The notes below the pieces were generated by a model that had not been told where the DNA came from, did not search any database, and worked only from the letters and a program-made list of their open reading frames with translations. A DNA stretch of 64,000 bases. Origin: Eledone cirrhosa (lineage: Eukaryota). The stretch covers positions 1-64,000 of the forward strand of contig CAXHJY010000529.1 in assembly GCA_964016885.1 (NCBI GenBank), in the 5' to 3' direction. Made by a program: the position numbers and the translations under genes. Shown here piece by piece: positions 16,249 through 29,662 of this stretch. Positions within the stretch are counted from its first letter, which is position 1. Every line of letters begins with the position of its first letter.

Positions 16249-17632
16249 AAAATGATTCCAGCTTATACGTTATCACACAAACTGTTTGCGTGACAGATGG
16301 TAGAAAATATACAGATACCAAGCTGGTTATAAATTTGTCAGATACAATAAATTATTGGGGTGTTGGGTGGTGGTCCCTTAATCGAAATACAGGAAAACGA
16401 TTAATTCCTAACCTAGAATATTCTAAATATATTGTTTTAAAGGTAAGTCAGGGAAGGGGGTGGGACACAGTAGTAATACTCTGAAATCGGTGGAAGGAAA
16501 TAAAGTTGCCCTTAAACTGGAAAGCTGGTCAGAATCTTTGTATCAGAGTGAACTCCGCTAAAGGTACCATGTTGTGGTATTGAAGTGGGACAGCGATTAA
16601 ACCTATTAAATATACTAGCAGAAAAACCACCCTTCGGGTGGTGTTCTGCTAGCATGTGTAGTGTGTATATTGATATTATACGCAAGTATATATACATGTA
16701 GATATGATACATCAAATAAAATCGTAATTGACAATATACACAGAAATTGAACGAAGACTGCGTTACACTGTCTTATGTAATCAGTAACGTAATCCATGAT
16801 ACATTAAAAAAAGACGATATTATATATAAACTGCATTAGGAGAAAATTAGTGACGGAAATATATGAATGTATATTTAAGCGATCGCTAACCGGAAGTGTT
16901 GATATTGTTGACAAGTGAAAATTTTTAAGAAGTGAATCTTAAAATAAACAACAAAATTATTTATATTTAATCAAGAATAACGAAAGTTAGTAGATAAATT
17001 ATGTAATATTCATTCATTATTTATTCAAAGTAATCCAACTTATTTTACAAACGGGATAAAAAATATATTCTGGACGCGGTCCCGCACTCCTTACTTTATT
17101 ATAGTTTAGATTCAGCCAATAATTCAGAACAAACAAAAACACCGGGAACGAAATACTCTAAGGTCTCTCGTCCGGCACTATAACAATGTTGCTAATCCGA
17201 CACTTTGGACTGTTTCTTTGTTAACCTCAAAAGGATAAAAGGTTAAGTTCACCTTGGCGGGATTTGAACTCAGTCCGTAACGATCAATTGATTTAACTTC
17301 AAGTTTGTTCCGGCACCTCTTGTCATTGGTGTTAATTCTCTCTCTCAGCTGATGTTGAACAATTCGACCGGTCAACACAAGGTCCTTATCAGTCACCTAC
17401 CTTTGTGCTTCTGAACATGGGAGGTACGCCACTAACAGCCGACGAATTTACATATTAATTAGGGGCGACTGAGGGGATACAATCTTAAATACTGTGGTGT
17501 GTGTGGAGGGGTGGGGTGTCAATATTGTGGTGTGTGTGGTGGGTGGTGACAATATTGTGGTGTGTGTGGAGGGGTGAGGGGGCTATATTGTAAATTTATG
17601 AAAGTGGTATTATTAAATTGAACTCATCTTTA

Positions 17633-17982
17633 TCTTTATATATATAAAAGCGAGAATGTGTGTGTCTGTGTACAACTTTGGATACCTAAGGCTTTTACAA
17701 TTACCAATCGAATTTGACTAAATTTTCTGTGCACGTTGCACAGGTCGCTAAGATGGTCACATAACAAAAAAATTTCCAATCGGCCCACGTTGAACAATAA
17801 AAAATCGATATCAAAATTATCGGTAGCAAATTGATGTAAGGAAGATAACCAACTTTGACAATCCTTATAAAGAGACTGCTTATTTTGACAGGTTGGGGAC
17901 AAATAATGTTCTTCTTTTACTTCCTAGCTGTATATTCTTAGCATAATTTCAAACCCCGAGCAACGCCGGGTAAATCTGCTAG
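17633..17982 (+). mobile_element. Non-autonomous Helitron
   Basis: 5' TC(tttatatatataaaag) after an A; subterminal hairpin cccgagcaacgccggg; 3' CTAG followed by T; no TSD. Confidence 0.8.
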
Positions 17983-18054
17983 TATTTTCTAAAGTAAATT
18001 TCAAACTTTTATATTATATCTTTTACATTGTGAAGATCATCAAATATTTTGATA

Positions 18055-18550
18055 TGTGGTGCTGGGGGAGGAGGTGGTAATGATCTTGGTGGAAGTGGTG
18101 CTGTGGTGGAGATGGTGTAGTGGTGGAGGTGTTGGTGCTGGTGGGGGTGGGGGTGCAGATGGTGGAGATGGTGGTGGTGCAGATGGTGGAAGTGGTGCTG
18201 TGGTGGAGATGGTGTAGTGGTGGAGGTGTTTGTGCTGGTGGGGAGGGAGGTGCAGATGGTAGAAGTGGTGTAGTGGTGGAGGTTTTGGTGCTGGTGGGGA
18301 GGTGGAGGTGTTGGAGATGGTGCTGGTGCTGGAGGTTGTGAGGGAGGTTCAGATGGTGGAAGTGGTGCTGTGGTGGAGATGGTGGCAGTGGGTGGTAGTA
18401 GAGGTGTTGGTGGTAGTAAACGTGATGTTGTTGGTGGAAGTGGTGCTGTGGTGAAGATGGTGGTGGTGGTGGTGCTGTGGTGGAGGTGTTGGTGGAAGTG
18501 GTGGTGGTTGTGAGGGAGGTACAGATGGGGGGGCTAGTGTTGGTGGTTGT
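18055..18550. repeat. GGT-rich low-complexity minisatellite
   Basis: Recurring ggtggaagtggtgctgtggtggagatggt units. Confidence 0.85.
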
Positions 18551-18994
18551 GAGGCATGACACAACTAAGATTAACAATGAACCGTTGTTTGATTCCGGTT
18601 ATCTGGTTTGACAGTGGAGTGTTTCCTCTTCTAATTAAATAATACATATGTTTTCTGGTGACCAAATATACTTGTCTTGTAGTTTCAAATATTTGATTAG
18701 TTAGCCCAAAGCCTGCAGCGAGCTGCCTTGTAATCTAATTGGCCTCCATCAAATAGGAAAACGAGACAGGAATGCAGTGGAAAAGAAAGCTATGACAAAG
18801 TCATTAACTAGTACATTATTTATAAGTTGGTCTCGTTAGAGAAATGTTTGATACGTTGCAGTATTTATTTATTTATAGAAGAAGGGATTTTTTATCAGAA
18901 TGTTTACTGAGGCTTGTATATTTTATAGCTTATGTCAGCCAGGAAAAACCTTACCATCGTGTAAATATCCATAAATATAGAATTATAAATAAAT

Positions 18995-19038
<44 letters not shown>

Positions 19039-19828
19039 AAAATAACTGAAATAAAATTTATTAAAAAAATCTATAAATAAATGTTCAAATTCATTCAACG
19101 AATTGTTGTTGAATTTGTTGCTGTTGTTGTTGTTAGTAATCTGACCAGTGAATACAATAAAAACATCGTTGGTGACATTACAGAGTAACTTAAGCAATAC
19201 ATTAAAGCAGCTTTAGAAGTAGAAAGACTGAGATGTTTAGACAAGCATCGGAGGAAACAGCTGCCGTACTCGTCACCCTTGGCAACCACACCCACTCAAC
19301 ATTCGCTATTGAATCATCGGCTAACTTACTTTTCCTGTTGCCACAGAAATAAACACACAATATATAGAAATAAAGGAAGAAATAAATCAATGATAAAATA
19401 TAAATGCAAGAAGTTGTTGTTGTTGTTGTTGTTGTTGTTAAGCCGTTTGATGTGAAAAGGAAAATAACATAATGAAGGTTATATATATATAAGACGGTGT
19501 AAATGTTTGGTAGGTTTGGAGAGGCGATGATATCTTGTAAATGTGTTGTTGTTGTTTTTTCAAGACTTGTAAGAGAATAATTAATAGAGACCTCGCTGTG
19601 AACTGTACAACTGCGGCTGGCCTGTTTATTGTGTGTGTGTACTTGTGTTTGTGTGTGTACTTGTGTGTGTGTGTGTACTTGTGTGTGTGTGTACTTGTGT
19701 GTGTGTGTGTACTTGTGTATGTGTGTGTGCGCATGTGTTTGCGTGTGTACAGATGCCATCAATATCAGTAGACTATACCATTGCCACCTCTATATTATGA
19801 TCTGGACAGCGTGTATATCTGATGAGGG

Positions 19829-20146
19829 ATGGGTTCTCTGGCGTCCAGAACCCCAGACGCAAACCACCACGTGATCCCCAGCGGCGGACAAAAAGAAAAA
19901 CTGGAGAAAGTGTTGCTCCCGGTGAATAGCAAAAACAGAGACGCGTTGAAACATCCATTCCAACTGGTGAGGACTGACTCCTACGGATGGAAAATCTCCG
20001 CCCTGATACCAGTAAATAAGACGGTATTAAGGGGACCTAGAACACCAGAAGTCTTCCACCTCGACAGGTTTAACGACGACATCGTCAACTTGTTAAGAAG
20101 AGCTCACCTAGTTAGAGACGAAAACATACGTTTCTGGACCGTGTAA
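19829..20146 (+). CDS. Hypothetical 105-aa protein, candidate nested antisense gene in a BCOR intron
   Basis: Non-repetitive ORF with balanced composition; ATG context gggATGg; starts MGSLAS; upstream acceptor-like sites at 19345-19346 (with ctaac branch site) and 19751-19752; no homology recognised. Confidence 0.5.
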   Translation: MGSLASRTPDANHHVIPSGGQKEKLEKVLLPVNSKNRDALKHPFQLVRTDSYGWKISALIPVNKTVLRGPRTPEVFHLDRFNDDIVNLLRRAHLVRDENIRFWTV

Positions 20147-20304
20147 AATACTGACTTACAAAATCTGAAAAAATACACCACTAATACTGATTCTTTTTAT
20201 ATAGACACAAGGTCAAAGCCTGTGGGGGTGGGGTGGAACACGGGTGATTAGATCGATCAGTGTTTCTTCAGGGGGAATGGAAATGAGAAAGAGACGTAGA
20301 AGAA

Positions 20305-20440
20305 GAATCGACCCCAGTATTAGACTGGTACTTTTTTATCGACCGTGAATGGTTGTAAGGTCAAATTGACATCGGCGGGATTTTAAAATACCGCAAAGCA
20401 TTCTATTCGATGTTCTAACGACTTTTCCGATTCACTGCCT
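20305..20440 (-). mobile_element. SINE S1 (degenerate)
   Basis: aatcgaccccagtattagactggtacttttttatcgac. Confidence 0.75.
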
Positions 20441-20683
20441 ATATCTTAAGATATCTGGTAGGATATCGATTATTTTTGATAGCAGACAATATTAACTTTT
20501 GTTGTGGAGAGCTCTAATTGATTTATCCAGCTCCGGTGTATTAAAGACAATGAGATGTTCTCAGTCCGTCGAGACGAGACAGTTCATCATTTGTAGAGGA
20601 AATAGGAAACTATTTATACGATAATTCGATCAATTCTATAGGAATATTACTTTTATAAAGAGAAGGCGGCGGAGTAACGGGTT

Positions 20684-20835
20684 GACAATTGGTAGAGCGA
20701 CGGATAAAATACTATTGTATTTGTTCCGGCTTTTTACATTCTGAGTTCTAATCACGCCGAAGTCAACTTTACCCTTCATCCATTCGAGGTCAATAAAATA
20801 AAGTACCAGTCATATACTGGAGTTGATTTATTCAA
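20684..20835 (+). mobile_element. SINE S1
   Basis: ctgagttctaatc...ttcatccattcgaggtcaataaaataaagtaccagt. Confidence 0.8.
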
Positions 20836-21094
20836 CTTTGCTGACCGTATGATTAGAAACTGGCTTTCACCATTTGAATTCAGATCATGTGAAATTTCAA
20901 AAATCGAACAGATTCATCAATTTAAGTCTTTACATCTAAAGGTTATTTCAATCCAACATCAAGGTCAAAATCTTATTTTTTTTATCAGAATTATCTCTAA
21001 AAAATACGCTGTCATCCCTTTTGTTACTTCTAAGCAAATATCTTGGTTTATTTATCTATGAATATAAAATATTTCAGGGAGTTAGAAATAATGA

Positions 21095-21355
21095 TTTCTA
21101 GTATAGGCACAAGGTCAGTAATTTGGGGAAAGGGGAAAGTCGATTAAATCGACCCCAGTACGTTACTAGTGCTTTATTTTATCGACCCCGTAAGGATGAA
21201 AGGCAAAGTTAACCTCGGTGGGATTTGAACTCAGACCGTAAAGAACCTTAACTCTATACTGCAAAGCATGGTATCCGACCCCCTACTGATACTGCCAATC
21301 CACCACCCTAGCATGGTATCCGACCCTCTACCGATTCCGCCAATCCACTGCCCTC
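21095..21355 (-). mobile_element. SINE S1 with locally duplicated head
   Basis: Full reverse-complement body; agcatggtatccgacc...gccaatccac occurs twice. Confidence 0.88.
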
Positions 21356-21927
21356 AGGAAGTTAAAAATAATAAAATTTAATCCTTTTATTCCTAAATTA
21401 GAAATTAATCTTACTTTTATAAAGAGAAATCAATATAATTTGATATATTAGAATTAATGAGGTCGGTAAATAATTAGATCACCAGACAAAAGAACGTTCT
21501 GAGTTCGACTTCTGTCGAAACTACCTCAGCATCTAAATATTTCTAGCGACAGCATTGATAAAACAAGCACTGGGATCGATATCATTTTTTTTATTATTGT
21601 TATTAATTTTAGAATATAGAACCCCCGCCGCCCATAAAAACACAATATGGAGTCTCGTGCTTATACAAGAAATCAATATTACTTTTGATGGGGAAAAAAA
21701 CCCCCCTAAAAAAACGAAATCTGTGATGTTTAAATAGTACACAAAAATTCTGCTTCTGCTTACAAGATGATAATCGAAGCAGGTTTAACGGCACAAGGTA
21801 TCGAATGTCTAAATAGCTTCCAATGGGATAATGAATAAAACAAGATGAGCGGCAAAGGCGGATCAACCAACACAAGTTATATAGACTCAAGTACACCACA
21901 CGTCCCTTTCAATAGTATATACAGCAT

Positions 21928-22195
21928 GAAGCCGCATGGCTTAGGGGTTAGAGAATTGGGCTTGCAATCGAAAGGTTGTGAGTTCAATTCTCGGACCGGG
22001 TGATATGTTGTTTCCTTGAGCAAGACACTTTATTTCACGTTGCTCCAGTTTACTCAACTGTAGAAATGAGATGATAGGACTGGGGTCCCTATCATTAAAA
22101 CACCCAAGAAACCTCCAATGAGATATACCTTGGAGGAGGCCAGCTAAACCTACATAGGTGTGAGTTGTAACAACAACAACATCATCATTACAACG
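21928..22195 (+). mobile_element. CORE-type tRNA SINE (S2), full length with (AAC)n tail
   Basis: gcatggcttagggg..gagttcaattctc..ccttgagcaagacactttatttcacgttgctccag..gtagaaatgag; near-identical copy at 25012-25246. Confidence 0.9.
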
Positions 22196-22229
22196 AAACA
22201 TGAATTAAGAATGAACCCTGTTGTTTTTC

Positions 22230-22525
22230 CAGGCGTGTGTTAGCCTAGTGGTAAAGGTGTTGGACTTAAGATCATAATGTTGTGGGTTCGATTCCTGGGC
22301 TGGGTTGTGTGTTGTGATCTTGAGTCAAAAATACTTCATTTCACGTTGCTCCAGTATATTCAGCTGAAAATGAGTACCACTAATAGCTGGAGGCTTAACC
22401 CTGTGTTGGATTAGCGTCCTGGCCAGTGAGTGAGGTGGGGTGAGTTTTGTATTCTCAGTCGCTTCACGTCACAAAAACCAAGGATAAACACTGGCCTGAT
22501 GAACGTCTAAGCTCGAGAGACATAC
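22230..22525 (+). mobile_element. CORE-type tRNA SINE (S2 variant with a different 3' tail)
   Basis: tagcctagtggtaaag..gggttcgattcctgg..tttcacgttgctccag..aaatgagtacc. Confidence 0.85.
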
Positions 22526-22736
22526 TTTAGACAACGAAAATTTACAATTACAACGCTTTGTTTTATTTATTTATCTGTTTTATCACTGACTAAACGCATA
22601 AAAATTTAAGCCAAATTGAAAATTGGATGGCTCACATGTTATGTAGTAGTAGTAGTATTGTGTAGTAATAGTAGTGTATTGTGTAGTAGTGGAGTTTAGA
22701 AGCCGAACTACATATGCAGTCAGACACAAAGCTTAC

Positions 22737-22814
22737 CTTTAATATCCCACGAACCGTGAAATTCCCACGGTGTAACAGCGTGGTTGTCGTCTCCATTTAA
22801 ATCATTAATATAAT
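22737..22814 (-). CDS. BCOR: BCOR-like internal exon: DYINDLNGDDNHAVTPWEFHGSWDIK (not in the ORF track)
   Basis: Acceptor tttttAG (22815-22816), donor GTaagc (22735-22736); 78 nt, phase 1 to 1; matches BCOR DYLNDLQG...WDFYGS. Confidence 0.9.
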
Positions 22815-22904
22815 CTAAAAATAAAAAAAAAAGCATTGGCCGTTAGTAATGGTTCATTGGTGTTGTATGGTTCATTGGTGTACTCTGACAGAGAGAGAGA
22901 TGGG

Positions 22905-23060
22905 TAGAGAAGAAGAGGAACTGGAGAGAGGTGGGGTGACGTGGGGATAGAAGGAGAGGAACTGGAGAGAGGGTGAGAGGTGGGGATAGAAGGAGAGGAA
23001 CTGGGAAGGGGGTGAGAGGTGGGGATAGAAGGAGAGGAACTGGGAAGGGGGTGAGAGAGA
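22905..23060. repeat. 39-bp purine-rich tandem repeat, about 3.5 copies
   Basis: ggggatagaaggagaggaactgggaagggggtgagaggt. Confidence 0.9.
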
Positions 23061-23119
23061 AGAGAGAAAAATACTGCACGGCTAGTTATGTGTTCAGATA
23101 GAATATTTGTAGCTATATA

Positions 23120-24420
<1,301 letters not shown>

Positions 24421-24462
24421 CTTCAATGTACTGTGTCGTTTGCTTTGTTATTTCTGTTTACT

Positions 24463-24517
<55 letters not shown>

Positions 24518-24719
24518 AAACGTAATTAGTTATAGGTGGTGAAACCTTTTAGGAAGAATCTAAGCTACTCTTATATTTCAGTTCCCCTCCATTATTTCAG
24601 CAACATCTGGCCACCTTTAAAACATATCAGACACACGTTTAATAAACAAATATTTTACTAGCTTCGATCGTGACATTTGCTGATTTCCGTGATAAGGTGA
24701 AAAGAAAAGTATGTACGTG

Positions 24720-24900
24720 TCATCATCATCGTTTAACGTCAATTTTCCACGCTACCATGGGTTAGACGGGTTGTCCCAATTGAGGCAAGCTGGGTCAGGT
24801 GACCGTGTGTTACTCATACAGAACTGTTTCTGGCTTGCTTTCTACGGCTAAATGTCCTTCCTAACACCAATCACATTTACAGTGTGCTGGGTGCTTTTTG
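24720..24900 (-). mobile_element. SINE S3 / RTE-type tail
   Basis: catcatcatcgtttaacgtc..ttttccacgctaccatggg..gtccttcctaacaccaa. Confidence 0.75.
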
Positions 24901-24910
24901 TATATATAAA

Positions 24911-25310
24911 TGTGGTTGGCGTTAGGAAGGGCATCCAGCTTTAGAAATCAAGCCAAAATCAGTCGTGGGTGAGCAGAACACGGTCCTCTGACCTGATTCT
25001 CTCCCAAAGTGAAGGCGCATGGCTTAGTGGTTAGAACATTGAAATCGAAAGGTTGTGAGTTCAATTCTCGGACCGAGTGATGTGCTGTTTCCTTGAGCAA
25101 GTCACTTTATTTCCCGTTGCTCCAGTTTACTCAGCTGTAGAAATGAGATGATAGGACTGAGGTCCTTCTCATTAAATCACCCAAGATACCTCCAACGAGA
25201 TATACCTTGGAGGAGGCCAGCTAAACCTGCATAGTTGTGAGCTGTCCCACACAAAGGGTCAGCTCGTCCTACCCATGCTAGCGTAGAAAATGGACGTTAA
25301 ACAACGATGA
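24911..25310 (+). mobile_element. SINE S3 interrupted by a nested S2 SINE (25012-25246)
   Basis: tggttggcgttaggaagggcatccagc...[S2]...cccatgctagcgtagaaaatggacgttaaac. Confidence 0.8.
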
Positions 25311-25374
25311 TATATATATATATATACACAGAGAGGGGGGGGGGGGGTCATGGAAGAAGGAATTATTTGCTTAC

Positions 25375-25520
25375 CTTTCAGTAAATTTATCATCTTCCCC
25401 GACCTTGCTATCTTTATTGGAGACTTGCCACTGTATGTGGTCAAGAGAGGGTCAGCACCAAAGGCCAGAAGTAATCGAACCATTTCCAAATGGTCGTTTT
25501 CCACAGCATCGTGAATTGGT
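25375..25520 (-). CDS. BCOR: BCOR-like exon, third ankyrin repeat: (R)[48 protein letters not shown]
   Basis: Acceptor tatttgcAG (25521-25522), donor GTaagc (25373-25374); 146 nt, phase 2 to 1; close to [36 protein letters not shown]. Confidence 0.93.
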
Positions 25521-26089
25521 CTGCAAATAAATATAGAGATAATAATAATAATAATTGTTTCTTTATTGGCCACAAGGGCTAACATGAAGAAAAAGATTAC
25601 AAACGGCACAGAACGGTACAAAGTGGGTTTGGACCGTGTAAAAAGGTTTTAACAAGATAGAAATAAAAAATAAAAAATTCCCCAAAAAGGTGGAAACCTC
25701 CGAGGGCCACTCGTAATAATAATAATGCTTTCTTTATTAACCAGAAGGGTCGACATAAAGTATAACATTAAGGATGGTACAAATGGGCATTTCTGCGTGT
25801 AAAAATAATTATATATATAAAAAAAAAAAAAAACAAAGGATGTAACAAAAAAATGAGAATAAAGAAGAAATTCCGAAATAGGGGAGGGGGTGGGGGGAGA
25901 CTTCCGAGGGCCACACGTGGAGAAAGCCCATAATAATAACGGTGACATCATTTGTATTACAATTGAAGTAAAATGTGTGTATTATCAAATGTTTGCCTCG
26001 GGTATCATCTTGACACTCGACATGGGAGAGAAGCAGAACTCAAAGGAAGTTTCAAATATATGTATATATGTATATATATTATATATGTA

Positions 26090-26290
26090 GATTCCTAAAG
26101 GGGATCGGGAGGTGACCAGAGTTGAAGAAGGTACTCAATACATTGGTAGAGTATAGGTATCCTTATTTGATATAGAGAAGACTTCTACAGGACTAGAACT
26201 GTTTCATTCATATGAAATCACCAAGGACATTCCTGATGATTTCATACGAATGAAACAGCTGTAGTCCTGCAGAAGCCATTTCTATATCAA

Positions 26291-26292
<2 letters not shown>
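26090..26292. mobile_element. Penelope-like fold-back element, family B, with hammerhead core on +
   Basis: Imperfect palindrome 26165-26292; CTGATGA 26233-26239, GAAA 26252-26255, C-AGCT-G-TA; related copy at 62260-62440. Confidence 0.7.
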
Positions 26293-26372
<80 letters not shown>

Positions 26373-26423
26373 TAATAAAAATAATGACTAGACAAAGAAA
26401 CAGTTCCTTATATTAAAAAATTA

Positions 26424-26557
26424 ATCATTTTACGATCGTTTCTAGGATATATATGTTAGTGTTGGTATGCATATCCTATAGATCTATGTAAAATTTTTAC
26501 AAACTATCAGAGGGAATATACATACCTACACATATATATGCTGTCTTCAGAAATAAT
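26424..26557 (-). ncRNA. Putative type I hammerhead ribozyme with extended stem II (partly degenerate)
   Basis: Minus strand: attattt-CTGAAGA-[cagcatatatatgt...acatatatatccta]-GAAA-C-GATC-G-TA-aaatgat; stem I attattt/aaatgat pairs. Confidence 0.65.
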
Positions 26558-26846
26558 GATATTTGTTTATTGAAAAAAACCAACAAAGATTTAATACAAT
26601 AGGTCTGTTATATATATATATATATATACATTTGATATATATATATATATATATATATATGTTTTTTCGGTATTTTTGGTATTATGTGGGTAAGTCTGCT
26701 TGCCACAATTTTCAATTTGTCAAGCTGTCTAAACGTATGTTATTACTCTAAGGCCTGCAACCTTATTGAGTGCTTTGCTGCTCATTCCTAATTGTAGGGG
26801 GTTAGCTTGGCCACAGCCAAAGCTTCGATTTTACTAAGCTTCCACT

Positions 26847-26883
<37 letters not shown>

Positions 26884-27033
26884 AAACGTTTGGCCGTGAC
26901 CTGGAAATGTTAGGGAAATAACCAGAACAATGTCCAGACTATGCCTGTAAGACAGTTATTGACATCGACAACAAAGTATTCATTGTAAAGCAGATCCTGT
27001 ATCTAACAACTATGCCCCAATTGTCTAATATCA

Positions 27034-27089
<56 letters not shown>

Positions 27090-27129
27090 CATTAAGTTCA
27101 GTGAAGTCCATATGCAGTTGTATGTAAGT

Positions 27130-27222
27130 TTATTTCTACATCCAAGATATATAATTCGCTGGGGTTGACGAAAGGACAATGATACTCCTGCCCAATCTCT
27201 CGACCAGAGTTCGTCAGGTGGT
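27130..27222 (-). ncRNA. Degenerate hammerhead-like relic
   Basis: Minus strand: ccac-CTGACGA-a-ctctggtcga...tcaaccccagc-GAAt-tatata-TC-ttgg, then AATAAA; core mutated. Confidence 0.35.
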
Positions 27223-27226
27223 ATAA

Positions 27227-27344
<118 letters not shown>

Positions 27345-27397
27345 GCGTGTGTGTATGTCCACACACACACACACACATATATACATAACTACATGCA

Positions 27398-27478
27398 CAC
27401 AGAATGTCCCCCCAAAAATTATACCTGTTTATTAGAATGCTGTTGAAGTGTGTATACATTTTTGGAGGTCACCCTGTA
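27398..27478 (+). mobile_element. Tc1/mariner-like MITE (degenerate)
   Basis: tttattagaatgctgttgaagtgtgtatacatttttgg..caccctgTA, shared with 34699-34794. Confidence 0.65.
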
Positions 27479-27998
27479 TATATATGAATACATGTGCGTG
27501 TATACATGTGTGTGTAGTTTTACATTGCTATTATATAACATTTGTATATGTGTACATGATACATTGAAAACCACAGCATGTCTGAAAACATGCTTCATCT
27601 AGCACAATACATGGTTATTCAATTATCTACGTTAGTTGACGAAAGTTAGCAGACGACCGACATGGTATTACATGCTTTGTCTAATGGAGATTCGTTCTTC
27701 TTTCTGTATGAACATCTTCGCCTTTCTTGTGATTTCATGTTAAGTGCTATACTACAAAACATACACAGTCTGATAAAATATGTTTGCAACAGTGCTGTGG
27801 TTTTGACACTATTATAAGCTCACATTTTTACGAAAGGTCAATGGTACCGCAATAAAACTTGGTATAATATCGTTATAATGTAACGATACAGTTCGTTTCC
27901 CACTTGTTAAATATTACACTACACACACACAGACATGATATATATCAGGAATCAAACTCTAGAGTTTTCGACACTTGGGATAGCAGAGTGTGACTACA

Positions 27999-28094
27999 TT
28001 AGAAAGAACCGGGTCTCGTTTCGACTCTAGAATTAGTCTGGAACTAGCTGTCGAAACGGCAAGCGCTCTGCCGCCGTGACCCGGCTCTTTCTAA
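27999..28094. mobile_element. Penelope-like fold-back relic related to family A
   Basis: Inverted ends ttagaaagaaccgggtc / gacccggctctttctaa; gtc-GAAA-CGGC-aagcgctct-GCCG. Confidence 0.55.
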
Positions 28095-28101
28095 CACACA
28101 C

Positions 28102-28268
28102 ACGGTAGAGGGTCGGACACCATGCTTTGACGCATAGAGTTACGGTCCTTGCCAGTGTGACTTCAAATCCCCTCGAGGTTAACTTTGCCTTTCATCTTTA
28201 CGGGGTCGATAAAATAAAGTACCAGTAATGCACTGGGTATTTGCTGGCCTTGTGCCAAAAGTAGAAAA
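28102..28268 (+). mobile_element. SINE S1
   Basis: Same body and tail as 16058-16248. Confidence 0.9.
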
Positions 28269-28269
28269 A

Positions 28270-28403
<134 letters not shown>

Positions 28404-28539
28404 TCTGATGAATAATTAAGTATTGCATATGTAGACAATTTATAATAGACACAGAAACATATGTTAAAGCAAATAAATTCATGTCTTCACGCCGACGTTT
28501 TATTTTCTTGGTGCAATACTTCTTGCTTTATATATATAT

Positions 28540-28646
28540 GGTATGGTATGGTCCCCGAAACTCTTGAGAGGGTCGTAGGGGCACCGTATTGACATACGGC
28601 GTTTCCTGGGCATTTAAAGCCTGACGGAGCCCATCCCTCTCCAGGC
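28540..28646 (-). mobile_element. LINE-like 3' end with (CCATA)n tail
   Basis: Related to 12383-12638 and 55815-55892; short tandem tail on the minus strand. Confidence 0.5.
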
Positions 28647-29219
28647 TATATATATATATATATATTATACTAAGACTAATAGAGCTAAACATTTTTCTTC
28701 CATATCACACCTACTCACCAATATATATATATTTATATTTATTTGTTTCATTTATTCATATATTTATTTTTTTCTTGAATGTTTGATAAAAAGATATTTG
28801 CATATCTTCCAAGCGGAATATCTTGTAGATATTGCTTTCATTATCGCTTCACTAACCAATGCCCGAAGTCGTCTTACTTTTCACTCTACTCTTCTTTACA
28901 ACTTTCTGGTTTGCTGCCAACACTAGAAGAGACCACCAGATTATTATTATTATTATTAGCATCATTATTGCTGCTGTTTGCTGTGAACGGTTACGTTTCA
29001 CAGAGCTCTGCAATAAAAGATATTTCCTTCCAAGAATACCTTACGAAAAAAAAAAAAAAAAAAATGTATTCTTGTTTGTTTTGTTTTTTTGTTGTTCTTT
29101 TTTTATTTTTTTTAAATTTATTTTATTTTTTTTTTAACCTCAAAGGGTTTCGGCACATTTTAAAGTCTACCCCATCATCTGGAGGTTGGTGGTGGTAGGA
29201 AGACGCTTTGTCTTTTAAA

Positions 29220-29260
<41 letters not shown>

Positions 29261-29440
29261 ACCATTTTATCTGCATGATAGCCGCTTCAGAAGTAGCATA
29301 AAGAAGTAGGGGTATTCGTTACACTAAGTTAAACAAGCATGACCTTCATATTATTTTCATAGGAAAATATGAATAAAAACCAAACGCCACATGTGAAGCT
29401 GTTTCGTGTTAAGACACTTGCTAAAACGTCAAATTAAATA

Positions 29441-29662
29441 TTAACCAATCCCCAGCATTTACATTACTATATATATTTTCATGGTAAACTCTTTATCTCA
29501 CATAATTATCTCATATGATATTGAATCTATGAGATTTCGATATTATTTATTTTGAGAACAATACCTTAACATAAGTACGAGCAGCCAGTTACAGCCGCTT
29601 TGAACAGAAAGAGGTGAGATAATTCTGGCCGGATTTGGCCGGTTTAAATGCTAAAGGTTTAA
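29441..29662 (-). mobile_element. piggyBac-like MITE, copy 2
   Basis: Flanked by TTAA; reverse complement of the copy 1/3 body; terminal agcattta / taaatgct inverted repeats. Confidence 0.75.

Noticed and set aside
22494-22525. CTGATGA here and at about 19819, 48986 and 58031 as possible hammerheads
   Set aside because: No correctly placed GAAA, stem III or cleavage triplet
27570-27610. Minus-strand LDEAC resembling ankyrin LHEAC
   Set aside because: In-frame stop just upstream, no further ankyrin similarity or splice sites
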